Assembly (NCBI GenBank): GCA_964617905.1
Contig: CAZTZZ010000001.1
Span: 28,080 to 92,079, forward strand
DNA: 64,000 nucleotides
Direction of reading: 5' to 3'
Source of the DNA: an uncultured Ignavibacteriaceae bacterium
GTDB taxonomy: Bacteria; Bacteroidota; Ignavibacteria; Ignavibacteriales; Ignavibacteriaceae
Shown here: piece by piece, positions 37,039-46,934 of the stretch
How positions within the stretch are numbered: the first letter of the stretch is position 1
Layout: each line of letters starts with the position of its first letter
Notes under the pieces: model-generated
Database searches by the model: none
The model's input: the letters and a program-made list of their open reading frames with translations, nothing else
What the model was told of the DNA's origin: nothing
Program-made: the position numbers and the translations under genes

Positions 37039-37811
37039 CAAACATACCAGTAGGTGAATTTATTCTAGTGCTCCTTATTTTTTTAAGGATAATTTCAGCA
37101 TTAACTTCGGCTCCTGTATTCGGGCATCAGGTTGTACCGATTTTGGTAAAAATTTTTCTGTCTATGGTAACCGCATACGTGATATTTTTGACAATTGATA
37201 AATCAGATATTGTTATTGAAACTAATTTAGGCTGGTTGCTAACAAACGCTCTAAAAGAAATAATAACAGGTCTAATAATTGGTTTCACATTGAATATAGT
37301 ATTTCACGGAATTACATATGCCGGCAGCCTAATAGGATATGATATGCAATTATCAATGGCATCATCTTTAAATCCGTTTGATTTTACAAACAATAATGAT
37401 ATAGGGCAAGTCCTTTTTTTCGGAACTATTTTGATATTCTTGCTTATCAACGGTCATCATTATTTGATCAGTGCGCTTGTATCTTCTTTTTCTGTTGTTC
37501 ATATCGGCAAATTTCCGATCACAGAATCTGTTTTTCAATTACTTATAAAATATACGGGTTCTGTTTTCGTAATTGCTTTTAAAATAGCGTCACCAATAAT
37601 TGTTTCATATTTCTTGGTTTATTTAGCCGAAGGAATAATGACAAAAGTAATTCCTCAAATGCAGATATTTTTTGTATCACAGCCTTTAATTATTGGAATG
37701 GGTTTTGTGTTTTTATCAGGGTTAGTACCAATCTATGTTTATGTAATGAAATATTTATTAAAGGGTTATGAAAATAATCTGACTTTGTTAATTAAATCAA
37801 TGGGTCAATAA
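37035..37811 (+). CDS. fliR: Export gate protein FliR
   Basis: 258-aa polytopic membrane protein. ATGA overlap with fliQ and TAATG junction with flhB. Confidence 0.88.
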   Translation: MTNIPVGEFILVLLIFLRIISALTSAPVFGHQVVPILVKIFLSMVTAYVIFLTIDKSDIVIETNLGWLLTNALKEIITGLIIGFTLNIVFHGITYAGSLIGYDMQLSMASSLNPFDFTNNNDIGQVLFFGTILIFLLINGHHYLISALVSSFSVVHIGKFPITESVFQLLIKYTGSVFVIAFKIASPIIVSYFLVYLAEGIMTKVIPQMQIFFVSQPLIIGMGFVFLSGLVPIYVYVMKYLLKGYENNLTLLIKSMGQ

Positions 37812-38899
37812 TGGCAGAAGTAGACGGCCAGGAAAAAACCGAACAGGCATCAGGTAAAAAATTAAAGGATGCAAGGGATAAAGGTCAAGTTACAAAAAGC
37901 ACCGAAATAATTTCTTTTAGTGTTTTTTCTACCGGTATACTTATGGCTTATCTTACTCAAAAATATATAAGCAATCAACTGTCTGAATTCTCTATTAAAA
38001 TTTTTAGTACGCTTGATAAAATCAGTTTTAACGGAGAAATATTCCAGAATTTTACAAAAGAAACCCTTTTGTTTTTTATTGCAACATTAGCCCCTGTTTT
38101 GGGGGCGGTTTTTGTAATTAGCTTTATTGCTAATGTAGCTCAAGTTGGTTTTAAAATAAGTCCAAAAGCATTAGCTCCAAAGTTTAATAAATTAAACCCT
38201 CTAAAAGGGATAAAAAACACATTATTCTCATCTAAATCCTTTGTCGAATTAATAAAGTCTATACTTAAATTAATAATTATTAGCTGGTTTACCTATGTAG
38301 TTATTTCAAAGTTTATTCTAAGTTCCGGTTTATTGGTTGAACTTACTATTCCGGAAATTGTAAAATATATGATAGATGGAGCATTTGGTCTTTTGTGGAA
38401 AATCTCAATTGTTTACGTTTTAATAGCCGCTGTTGATTTTATTTTTCAGAAACATAAATTCAAAAAAGATATGATGATGACCAAACAAGAGGTTAAAGAA
38501 GAAAATAAACAGACAGAAGGAGACCCTGAAATTAAATCCAGAATTAAAAAAATGCAGTATCAGGCTGCAAAAAGCAGAATGATGCAAAGCATACCGGAAG
38601 CGGACGTAATAATAACCAACCCTACACATTATGCCATAGCACTAAAATATGATTTGAATCAGGACTCTGCCCCAAAGGTTTTAGCTAAAGGTGTTGATGG
38701 GTTAGCCCAAAGGATTAAAGAAATTGCAAAAGAAAATAACGTTCCGTTACATGAAGACCGTGAATTAGCAAGAGCACTTTATAAAATCTGTGATATTGGA
38801 GATGAAGTACCGGCATCATTGTTTAAAGCCGTAGCTAAAGTGCTGGCATATATTTATCAGTTAAAAAATAATGTTTATAAAAGAAATAGAATAATTTGA
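37811..38899 (+). CDS. flhB: Export switch protein FlhB
   Basis: EKTEQASGKKLKDARDKGQV N-terminus and the NPTHYAIAL autocleavage site. Confidence 0.95.
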   Translation: MAEVDGQEKTEQASGKKLKDARDKGQVTKSTEIISFSVFSTGILMAYLTQKYISNQLSEFSIKIFSTLDKISFNGEIFQNFTKETLLFFIATLAPVLGAVFVISFIANVAQVGFKISPKALAPKFNKLNPLKGIKNTLFSSKSFVELIKSILKLIIISWFTYVVISKFILSSGLLVELTIPEIVKYMIDGAFGLLWKISIVYVLIAAVDFIFQKHKFKKDMMMTKQEVKEENKQTEGDPEIKSRIKKMQYQAAKSRMMQSIPEADVIITNPTHYAIALKYDLNQDSAPKVLAKGVDGLAQRIKEIAKENNVPLHEDRELARALYKICDIGDEVPASLFKAVAKVLAYIYQLKNNVYKRNRII

Positions 38900-40944
38900 A
38901 ATTACCGGGAAAAAATACAGATATATTATTAGCATTTGGCCTTATATTTATTTTAGGGTTAATGATAATACCGCTTCCTGCAAGTATGTTGGATTTTTTC
39001 CTTGCCTTGAATATTACACTTTCGGTTTTAATTTTAATTGTATCACTTTATATTGAATCACCACTTGACATTTCCGTGTTTCCAGGTTTATTGCTTGTTT
39101 TAACACTTTTCCGTTTATCACTAAACATAAGTTCAACTAGATTAATTTTATTAAACGGTTTTGCAGGAAAAGTAATTGATACTTTCGGAGAGTTTGTTGT
39201 CGGAGGAAACTATGTTGTAGGATTTATAATTTTTATCATTCTTGTAATAATTCAGTTCATTGTAATTATAAAAGGATCAGGAAGAATTTCTGAAGTTGCT
39301 GCTAGATTTACTTTAGACGCTATGCCGGGTAAACAGATGGCTATTGATGCCGATTTAAATACAGGATTGATAAACGAATCTGATGCAAAGTTGAGGAGAG
39401 AAAAAATTAGCAGGGAAGCAGAATTTTACGGAGCAATGGACGGTGCCAGTAAATTTGTTAAAGGAGATGCTATAGCTGGTTTGCTTATAAACGGAATAAA
39501 TATAATAGGCGGGTTTATTATAGGTGTTGCAGGTAAAGGGTTATCTTTTACCGATGCAATACAAAACTATACAATTCTTACCATTGGTGACGGATTAGTA
39601 TCACAAATTCCCGCACTTTTAATTGCAACTGCAGCTGGACTGGTTGTAACAAGAAGTGCTGCAGGAACAGCACTGGATGTTCAAATGAAAACTCAACTGC
39701 TATCAAATCCACGGGTTCTTGCAACAGTTTCCGGTGCTATAGGTATGTTTGCATTTATACCCGGAATGCCGGTAGTTCCCTTCCTTTTTCTTAGTATTTT
39801 AATTGGTACGGCTGCTTATATTACAAATAAAAAGAAAGAGAAAGAAAGTACAAAACCAGAGACGCAAGAGGTTGAAGAAGTTGAAGTAGAAGAAAAAGTT
39901 GAACAGTATTTACAAGTGGATCCAGTAGAAATAGAAATTGGTTACGGACTGATCAGTCTTGTTGATGAAAAACAGGGAGGTAATTTATTCCAAAAAATTT
40001 CAGCAACAAGAAAATTTATTGCTTTGGAATACGGCGTACTAATTCCTCCTGTAAGGGTTCGTGATAACCTTCAATTGGAACCGAATGAATACATAATCAA
40101 AATTAAAGGAAATATTGTTGCAAATTATGAAATTTACACTGATAGATTTCTTGCTATGAATCCGGGAAACATAAAAGAAGTTTTAAATGGTATCCAAACT
40201 AAAGACCCTGCTTTTAATTTAACATGCTACTGGATAGATAAAGAAGAAAAAGATAAAGCAGAACTTCTTGAATATACTGTGGTTGATAGCATATCTGTTT
40301 TTTCAACTCATTTACAAGAGACACTAAAGAAAAACTTTGATAAAATATTAACACGGCAAGCTGTAAAGCAATTAATGGAAAATTTAAAGAAAGAATATCC
40401 AGCTGTTATAGAAGATATAAATACCGAAACTTTAACATTAGGTACAATTCAAAAAGTACTTCAAAATTTGTTAAGAGAATTAATTCCAGTGAAAGATCTT
40501 GTGCAGATATTAGAAGCACTAATTGATTACTCAAAAGTTACTAAAAATATCGATGTTCTTACTGAATATGTTAGACATGCAATGGGCGATACAATTGCCA
40601 ATATTTATAAAGATAATAACGGAGTAATTCATGCCGTTGCACTCGGTGAAGAAAATGAAGATATGATAACCGATGCTTTACAGAGTCAAAAAGAAGCAAC
40701 ACAAACACTCGGACTTAGCCCCAACACATTGAAAGAACTAAATGGAATGCTGCAGGATTATGTGGAACATTTTAAAATATTAGGATATATACCCGTAGTT
40801 ATAACATCCGCAACAATAAGACCATATTTCTACCGATTAATTAATGCAAGTTTTCCAGATGTTGCAGTTCTTTCATATTCTGAACTTCCATCGAATATAG
40901 AAATAGAGTTTATAGAAAAATTAGAGGTAGCAGATGCAAATTAA
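38896..40944 (+). CDS. flhA: Export gate protein FlhA
   Basis: FIVIIKGSGRISEVAARFTLDAMPGKQMAIDADL plus a large C-terminal cytoplasmic domain. The apparent TTG start overlaps flhB. Confidence 0.95.
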   Translation: MKLPGKNTDILLAFGLIFILGLMIIPLPASMLDFFLALNITLSVLILIVSLYIESPLDISVFPGLLLVLTLFRLSLNISSTRLILLNGFAGKVIDTFGEFVVGGNYVVGFIIFIILVIIQFIVIIKGSGRISEVAARFTLDAMPGKQMAIDADLNTGLINESDAKLRREKISREAEFYGAMDGASKFVKGDAIAGLLINGINIIGGFIIGVAGKGLSFTDAIQNYTILTIGDGLVSQIPALLIATAAGLVVTRSAAGTALDVQMKTQLLSNPRVLATVSGAIGMFAFIPGMPVVPFLFLSILIGTAAYITNKKKEKESTKPETQEVEEVEVEEKVEQYLQVDPVEIEIGYGLISLVDEKQGGNLFQKISATRKFIALEYGVLIPPVRVRDNLQLEPNEYIIKIKGNIVANYEIYTDRFLAMNPGNIKEVLNGIQTKDPAFNLTCYWIDKEEKDKAELLEYTVVDSISVFSTHLQETLKKNFDKILTRQAVKQLMENLKKEYPAVIEDINTETLTLGTIQKVLQNLLRELIPVKDLVQILEALIDYSKVTKNIDVLTEYVRHAMGDTIANIYKDNNGVIHAVALGEENEDMITDALQSQKEATQTLGLSPNTLKELNGMLQDYVEHFKILGYIPVVITSATIRPYFYRLINASFPDVAVLSYSELPSNIEIEFIEKLEVADAN

Positions 40945-42064
40945 AAAATTTACAGCCCCCACACTAAAAGAAGCTTCATCAAACATGAAACTGGAATTGG
41001 GAGATGATGCTGTAATTTTAGGCACAAGAGTTATATATGATGATAACTTAAAAGGATCACAAAGAAAATTTGAAATTACGGCAGGAATTGAAACTAATTA
41101 TAATGAACCTGCTTTGAGTATGCCATTGAAGGAAAATAAAATTCCAACGGCAGTGAAGAATTACACAAATGAAATAAACAATCTCCGTAACAAGATTTTT
41201 ATTAATCCACAGACAGAAAGAAAAACACAAACACGTAATTCTAAAAATTCTAAAACTTCAACAAAAGTAAAAACCAATATTGAAACCGATCTAAGGGAAA
41301 TTATAGATACACTTATTACAAGAGAAGTTCAAAGACCTATTATCTCATCAATAATAAATCAACTAAAAAAATTTAGAACGTATTTACATTCAACAAATAT
41401 TGATAGTTATGTATTGTCAAGTATTGCATCGATGATACCGACATATCATTTTGAAGTACACAAAAGCAAGGGACCAAAAGTTGTAGCTTTAGTCGGTCCA
41501 ACCGGAGTGGGAAAAACTACCTGTATTGCTAAGCTTGCAGTTATATCCAAAATATTGCACAATCTTAATGTAGGTTTAATTTCTATTGATACATATCGTT
41601 TAGGTGCTTTGGACCAACTGAGGATTTTTTCTGAAATAAGCAATGTTGATATGCTAGTAGCCTATGAAGAGAAAGAAATACCCGGTTTATTAAATTCATT
41701 TAAGGATAAAGATATTGTATTTATAGATACAGCAGGCAGGAGTCAGAACAATAAGGAACATCTAAAACAAGCCAGTGATTTTTTATCTTCGGCAAATGTT
41801 GACGAAACCTACCTGGTATTAAGTTCAACTGGTACAACCAAAAACCTTTTAGATGTATCAGAAAAATTTAAAATATTTAATTATAACTCAGTAATATTTA
41901 CAAAAATAGATGAAGCGGTTAGTTATGGAAATATTTTAAATATTGTAAGTAATTTCGATATTCCTGTAGCGTTTTTAACAAACGGGCAGGTAATACCGGA
42001 TGATATTATATCCGCTGATCCCGAATATATTGCAAATATGATATATACAGGAAAATTAAGCTGA
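40934..42064 (+). CDS. flhF: SRP-type GTPase FlhF
   Basis: G1 LVGPTGVGKTTCIAKLA, G3 IDTAGRS and G4 TKIDE. Confidence 0.9.
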   Translation: MQIKKFTAPTLKEASSNMKLELGDDAVILGTRVIYDDNLKGSQRKFEITAGIETNYNEPALSMPLKENKIPTAVKNYTNEINNLRNKIFINPQTERKTQTRNSKNSKTSTKVKTNIETDLREIIDTLITREVQRPIISSIINQLKKFRTYLHSTNIDSYVLSSIASMIPTYHFEVHKSKGPKVVALVGPTGVGKTTCIAKLAVISKILHNLNVGLISIDTYRLGALDQLRIFSEISNVDMLVAYEEKEIPGLLNSFKDKDIVFIDTAGRSQNNKEHLKQASDFLSSANVDETYLVLSSTGTTKNLLDVSEKFKIFNYNSVIFTKIDEAVSYGNILNIVSNFDIPVAFLTNGQVIPDDIISADPEYIANMIYTGKLS

Positions 42065-42891
42065 TGATTGGACAAACCGAAAGAATATTAGAATTAAAAA
42101 ATTTAAGTAACAACCAAAATGAAACCGTGGGAAATAAAATTATTGCATTTACTTCCGGTAAGGGAGGTACAGGCAAAACTTTTCTTTCTATAAACATAGC
42201 CTATTCTTTAGCTGAACTGGGGAAAAAAATTTTATTTGTCGACCTGGATTCAAATCTGTCTAATGCTAATATAATGCTGAACATAGTTGCTGAAAAAACA
42301 ATTTATGATTTTTATACTGAAAAAAAATTATTGAAAGATATAATTACAAAAGTGAATCCTAATTTACATTTTATTTTTGGAGATTCGGGTAAACTTAATT
42401 ACCCGGATGCTCATGAAAATTTAATTTCCAAATTATACAATCAGATTATTTTCTTACAAAATTCCTACGATTTTGTTTTTTTTGATACCGGCTCTGGTGC
42501 CGGTAGAAGTATAATAAATGTTTTATTAAAAGCAGAAAAAGTTGTTATTGTAACATCACCCGAGCCGACAGCCGTAATGGATTCCTATGTAATGTTAAAA
42601 TTGTTAAGTGCTTCCGAATATAAAGGTGAAAAATTTGTAATAGTAAACAAAAGTTTTGGGGAAAATGACAAGCAATCGACTTTTAATAATCTTTCCAATG
42701 CTTCAGAACATTTCTTAAAAAAATCTATTTCGTATTTAGGTGGTGTCAAATTTGATGGTATTGCCAGTAAGTCAATTATAGAGCAGGAATTAGTTGTTAA
42801 AAAATATCCTGAATCAGAAATCACAAGGCAAATTAGAGTAATCGGAAGCAGTATTATTGAATTCACTCATATGGCTAATATTCTCCATTAG
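42064..42891 (+). CDS. flhG: MinD/ParA-type ATPase FlhG (FleN/YlxH)
   Basis: Deviant Walker A FTSGKGGTGKTFLSINIA, directly after flhF. Confidence 0.88.
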   Translation: MIGQTERILELKNLSNNQNETVGNKIIAFTSGKGGTGKTFLSINIAYSLAELGKKILFVDLDSNLSNANIMLNIVAEKTIYDFYTEKKLLKDIITKVNPNLHFIFGDSGKLNYPDAHENLISKLYNQIIFLQNSYDFVFFDTGSGAGRSIINVLLKAEKVVIVTSPEPTAVMDSYVMLKLLSASEYKGEKFVIVNKSFGENDKQSTFNNLSNASEHFLKKSISYLGGVKFDGIASKSIIEQELVVKKYPESEITRQIRVIGSSIIEFTHMANILH

Positions 42892-42969
42892 GGGATAAAA
42901 TAGAATAATAAATTTCTTCTAAAACCGCATTTTATAAACCTTCTTTACAAATTATAAATTCAACCCCTT

Positions 42970-42984
42970 TGGTATGGTATTTGA
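42970..42984 (+). promoter_or_regulatory. Candidate sigma-54 promoter upstream of the small ORF-fliA operon (non-canonical -12)
   Basis: TGGTAT-GGTAT-TTGA has the same spacing as the flgB and fliL sites. It ends 29 nt upstream of the ATG at 43013. Confidence 0.35.
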
Positions 42985-43012
42985 CTTTTTACTATAAAAT
43001 AAAAAGACGAAC

Positions 43013-43237
43013 ATGAACAAAATAGTATTACAATTTGGCCTATTAGTTTTTTCACTTTCACTTATTTTTTTTAGCCGTATAGGGCTGACTTTCGATCAAG
43101 TAATATTAAAGGCTTTTTTCGTCTTTGTTATCACAACAATCTTATTAAGCATAGTAGTATTGGTTTTTATTCGTGCAATTAATAAAGAATCATATAATAA
43201 GAAGATAGAATATTCAGAAAAAATTAACAGGAAATAA
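43013..43237 (+). CDS. Hypothetical small membrane protein (74 aa, two predicted TM segments)
   Basis: Hydrophobic stretches VLQFGLLVFSLSLIFF and AFFVFVITTILLSIVVLVFI. It ends 5 nt before fliA. Confidence 0.4.
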   Translation: MNKIVLQFGLLVFSLSLIFFSRIGLTFDQVILKAFFVFVITTILLSIVVLVFIRAINKESYNKKIEYSEKINRK

Positions 43238-43242
43238 TAAAA

Positions 43243-43869
43243 ATGAATAACGCAACTTTATGGGCTGAATTTAAATCCTCACCGAGCGTAGATCTAAAAA
43301 AACAAATTGTTTTAAATTATGTAAAGTTAGTCCATTATGTAATTCATTATTCAAAATTTGCAACACCTGGCATACTAGACGAAAGAGATTATTTTCAATT
43401 TGGTATTGAAGGATTAAGTGAAGCTATTGACCGTTTTGATCCGGACTTCGGAACAAAGTTCGAAACTTATGCAATACAAAGAATTAGGGGTAAAATTATT
43501 GATAAGTTGAGAAAAATTAAGATTAAAAAAAAGAAGACAATTGAAGACCAAAAACCTTCCTATTATAATAATGTTTCATTAACAAGTCCTGTTGACGGTG
43601 AAGACGGATATATGCTCTACGAGATTATTCCGGAAGACACAGAATTGCCAGATGAAACAACAGAAAAAAATGAAGCAAAGGAAATTTTACTTGAAGCAAT
43701 TAAAGATATGGAAGAAAGGGATAGAATGATAATTACTCTATATTATTATGAAAACCTTACATATAAAGAGATTGGTAAACTTCTTAATATTTCTGTTTCC
43801 CGTGTTTCGCAAGTACATACAAGAATAGTGAAAATGTTAAAAACTAAACTTCAATATTTAAATGCATAA
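43243..43869 (+). CDS. fliA: Flagellar sigma factor FliA (sigma-28)
   Basis: Region 2 FETYAIQRIRGKIIDKLR. Region 4.2 HTH YYYENLTYKEIGKLLNISVSRVSQVHTRIVKMLK. Confidence 0.9.
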   Translation: MNNATLWAEFKSSPSVDLKKQIVLNYVKLVHYVIHYSKFATPGILDERDYFQFGIEGLSEAIDRFDPDFGTKFETYAIQRIRGKIIDKLRKIKIKKKKTIEDQKPSYYNNVSLTSPVDGEDGYMLYEIIPEDTELPDETTEKNEAKEILLEAIKDMEERDRMIITLYYYENLTYKEIGKLLNISVSRVSQVHTRIVKMLKTKLQYLNA

Positions 43870-44740
43870 TCAATCGTCAGAAAATAATCCGCAAAGGCAA
43901 AGAACATTAAGATTATTATCTTCTATAAGAAACTTACCTTCTGTTCCTTCCATAATATTTGAAGTATCAAGATTATTAAACAATTCAAAAACAAGCGCAA
44001 CAGATCTTGGAAAAGTAATTAGTAAAGATCAGGGGCTTGTAGCAAGAATATTAACTGTTGCTAATTCACCATTATATGGATTACCAAGAAGAGTCTCCAC
44101 AATAGATTTTGCTATAGTTATTCTTGGATTCGATCATATTAAAAATATTGTAATGGCTCTTTCTATGATAGAATCCTTTAGAAGTAATCAAACACATAAT
44201 TGGGACAGTATGGCTTATATGAATCATTCATTATTTACGGCAAGCGCCACAAAGAGGATTGCCGATGAACTTGGATTTTCTAGAGCCGGTGAAGCTTTTA
44301 TTGCTGGTCTGCTGCACGATATAGGTATTATAATTATTCAAAAATATTTTAATAAAGAATTCAATCAAATTTGCGAAATTGTTGAGTCGCAGGAAATGCT
44401 TTATCTGAAAGCCGAAGAACAAGTCCTAGGACTTACACACCAAGAAATTGGTCAATTTATAGTTAGTAAATGGAATTTTCCCGAATCACTTGGTGACTCT
44501 ATTGCACATCATCATAAACCATCAATCTCAGAAAATAATAAGGTGCTTTCATCTGTAATTCATCTTGCGGATTATATGACTCAAAATTTATGTGCTGGTC
44601 ACTTTTATTGGGATGATAATATACAGTTGGACGAAAATATAATTCAAATATTAAGATTCGGAGACGAAAGCAAATTAAACAATTTTATTGAAAGCCATAC
44701 AGAGTTATTCAATAACAATTTAGAAGCAATAGAAACATAA
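43862..44740 (+). CDS. HDOD-domain protein (paralogue 1)
   Basis: LPSVPSIIFEVSRLLNNSKTSATDLGKVISKDQGLVARILTVANSPLYGL and AGLLHDIGIIII. The start overlaps the fliA stop by 8 nt. Confidence 0.8.
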   Translation: MHNQSSENNPQRQRTLRLLSSIRNLPSVPSIIFEVSRLLNNSKTSATDLGKVISKDQGLVARILTVANSPLYGLPRRVSTIDFAIVILGFDHIKNIVMALSMIESFRSNQTHNWDSMAYMNHSLFTASATKRIADELGFSRAGEAFIAGLLHDIGIIIIQKYFNKEFNQICEIVESQEMLYLKAEEQVLGLTHQEIGQFIVSKWNFPESLGDSIAHHHKPSISENNKVLSSVIHLADYMTQNLCAGHFYWDDNIQLDENIIQILRFGDESKLNNFIESHTELFNNNLEAIET

Positions 44741-44750
44741 AGATAATATT

Positions 44751-45635
44751 ATGATAACATTAGCATCAGAATTACAAAAAAGAAAAGAAAAGACAGAGTT
44801 GGTTTTAAGAAACATAACTAACCTTCCAACAACTCCAAGAATATTGGCAGAAACGATGGAGTTATTGAATAATCCAACTCTTAATAACCATAATCTGGCA
44901 AAAGCAATTTCTAAAGATCAGGGATTGGTTGTAAAAATATTGATGATTGCAAATTCTCCTTTGCTTGGTTTGCATAGAAAAGTTACAACTATTGATTATG
45001 CAATACTTGTTCTTGGTCATATTGAAATAAAGAACATTGTATCGGTTTTATCTGTAATTGAATCGTTTAAAAATAAAACGGATAAATATCTTAGTGAAAG
45101 AGATTTTTGGACACATTCATTTTTAACAGGAATAACATCAAGACGACTTGCGGATGATTTTGGCTTTCAAAATGAAGGTGAAGCTTTTGTTGCAGGATTT
45201 TTACACGATTTAGGAGTTTCTGTTATTCATAAATTTTTCCACTCTAATTTTATTGATATTTATAAACAAGTAAACGAACTTAATATTACTTTCCAAGAAG
45301 CTGAATTGAATGTGCTTGGTATGACACACCAACAAATTGGACATTATCTGATAGAAAAGTGGAATTTCCCGGATCAACTTTGCGATGCAATTTTAAACCA
45401 TCATAATCCCGAGAATTCAGTTAACAACAAAACCCTTTCAACAATTATTCATTTTGCAGATTATATGACTCAAAAATTAAATAGGGGGAGTGTTTTCTGG
45501 GATGATAATATACAGCTTAAAATAGAAGAATTAGGAATGTTAAAAATTAATAATATGGATGAAGTGGAAGATTTTATAGGTAAATATGAAAACTTATATA
45601 AAAATCAAATTGAATCTATAAGGTATTTTAATTGA
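44751..45635 (+). CDS. HDOD-domain protein (paralogue 2)
   Basis: LPTTPRILAETMELLNNPTLNNHNLAKAISKDQGLVVKILMIANSPLLGL and AGFLHDLGVSVI. Collinear with the upstream paralogue along its whole length. Confidence 0.8.
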   Translation: MITLASELQKRKEKTELVLRNITNLPTTPRILAETMELLNNPTLNNHNLAKAISKDQGLVVKILMIANSPLLGLHRKVTTIDYAILVLGHIEIKNIVSVLSVIESFKNKTDKYLSERDFWTHSFLTGITSRRLADDFGFQNEGEAFVAGFLHDLGVSVIHKFFHSNFIDIYKQVNELNITFQEAELNVLGMTHQQIGHYLIEKWNFPDQLCDAILNHHNPENSVNNKTLSTIIHFADYMTQKLNRGSVFWDDNIQLKIEELGMLKINNMDEVEDFIGKYENLYKNQIESIRYFN

Positions 45636-46933
45636 GAGTAATAAAAGAAATAGAATTATATTATGAGCCTTTTCACGAAACTCTGCCAATACTAACAAGA
45701 GATGCTGTATTAACAGGAATTAAACCGCTTAGTAAAAAATTCAAGGAAATCAGAAAATACGAAAAGAATAATAACTACGATAAATTTTCAGAACTATTTG
45801 CATTACAATATAGAATTAGCCGTTCCAGTGACTTTGTAGAATTAGAACAAATATTTTCGGGTTATGTAAAAAATTCATTAAAGTTTGCAGAAGCCAATTT
45901 GTTTTTTATAGATGAAAAATTTACTGTTATAGAATCCCTTTCTGGTAAAGAATCTTTTAAGACAAAAACATTTCTAAATACTTTACTTTCTTCAGGCGTA
46001 ATTAAACAATTGATTGAGAAAAAAAACAGTAAAATTCTTCCAGCCAATTTAGAGAAAAACAATAAAAAAGATAAAACTTTTTATTTGTTGATGCCTTTCT
46101 TTTTTAGTCCCAAAAATAATGGATGTCTAGTAGTTAAAGTTAATCCTACAATAACTACAAATTCACCGGAAATCAATTTACTTAAAATAGGGCTTGAAAT
46201 TATTTCAAAAAGAATTGAATTCCTGGATAAACAGAAAGAGCTAAAGAATGTTTATAACGACCTTCAATTATTCCAGTCCAAATTGGCGAATGATTATAAA
46301 CTATCTGCAATTGGAGAACTTACTACAGGTATTTTAGAAGACATACTATCACCCTTGCAGGTTATAACTAGTTATATAGATTTCATTAAAAAGGAAAATG
46401 ACCCGGATTATAATTCCGCACTTAATACAATTAACTTACAAGCAAAAAAAATAAACCGGGTTGTTAACAGGCTGATAAATTTTGCTAAACCCGTAGAAGG
46501 TAAACTTAAACTTCGCCCTTGTAATGTAAATGAAATAATTACGGAATTTTATAATATGGTTATCTCTACTCTGAAGAAAGATAACTATGAATGCATACTA
46601 GACCTTGATGAAAATATTCCGGGGATTCTTTCCCATCCTAATTACTTAAATCAAGCTTTGATGAACATGTTTCTTCTTTTAAAACCAGATGAAAACAAAG
46701 TGGGAGGTGTGTTGCTGCAAAGTAAGTATCGGGTTGGACAGGTACTTTTAAGACTTTTTACTACTGATTATTATAAAAATCTTGAGAAATGTAGCGTCAC
46801 GGATACAAATGACGTAAACATTAAAATTATTAAAAACATTATCTCTCAACACCAAGGGAAATTGGAAATAGATTCAGAAAAAAATAAGGGAACAATAATA
46901 ACTATTTCATTTCCAATAAAAAGGAAGATGTAA
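45632..46933 (+). CDS. Histidine-kinase-like protein with degenerate H-box and ATP-binding motifs (putative pseudokinase)
   Basis: The DHp-like segment reads LSAIGELTTGILEDILSPLQVI where kinases have G.AHE..NPL, placing Glu at the His position. The CA-like end (LNQALMNMFLLL ... NIKIIKNIISQHQGKLEIDSEKNKGTIITISFP) shows no DxGxG or GxGxG. The TTG start overlaps the HDOD stop. Confidence 0.55.
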   Translation: MRVIKEIELYYEPFHETLPILTRDAVLTGIKPLSKKFKEIRKYEKNNNYDKFSELFALQYRISRSSDFVELEQIFSGYVKNSLKFAEANLFFIDEKFTVIESLSGKESFKTKTFLNTLLSSGVIKQLIEKKNSKILPANLEKNNKKDKTFYLLMPFFFSPKNNGCLVVKVNPTITTNSPEINLLKIGLEIISKRIEFLDKQKELKNVYNDLQLFQSKLANDYKLSAIGELTTGILEDILSPLQVITSYIDFIKKENDPDYNSALNTINLQAKKINRVVNRLINFAKPVEGKLKLRPCNVNEIITEFYNMVISTLKKDNYECILDLDENIPGILSHPNYLNQALMNMFLLLKPDENKVGGVLLQSKYRVGQVLLRLFTTDYYKNLEKCSVTDTNDVNIKIIKNIISQHQGKLEIDSEKNKGTIITISFPIKRKM

Positions 46934-46934
46934 T

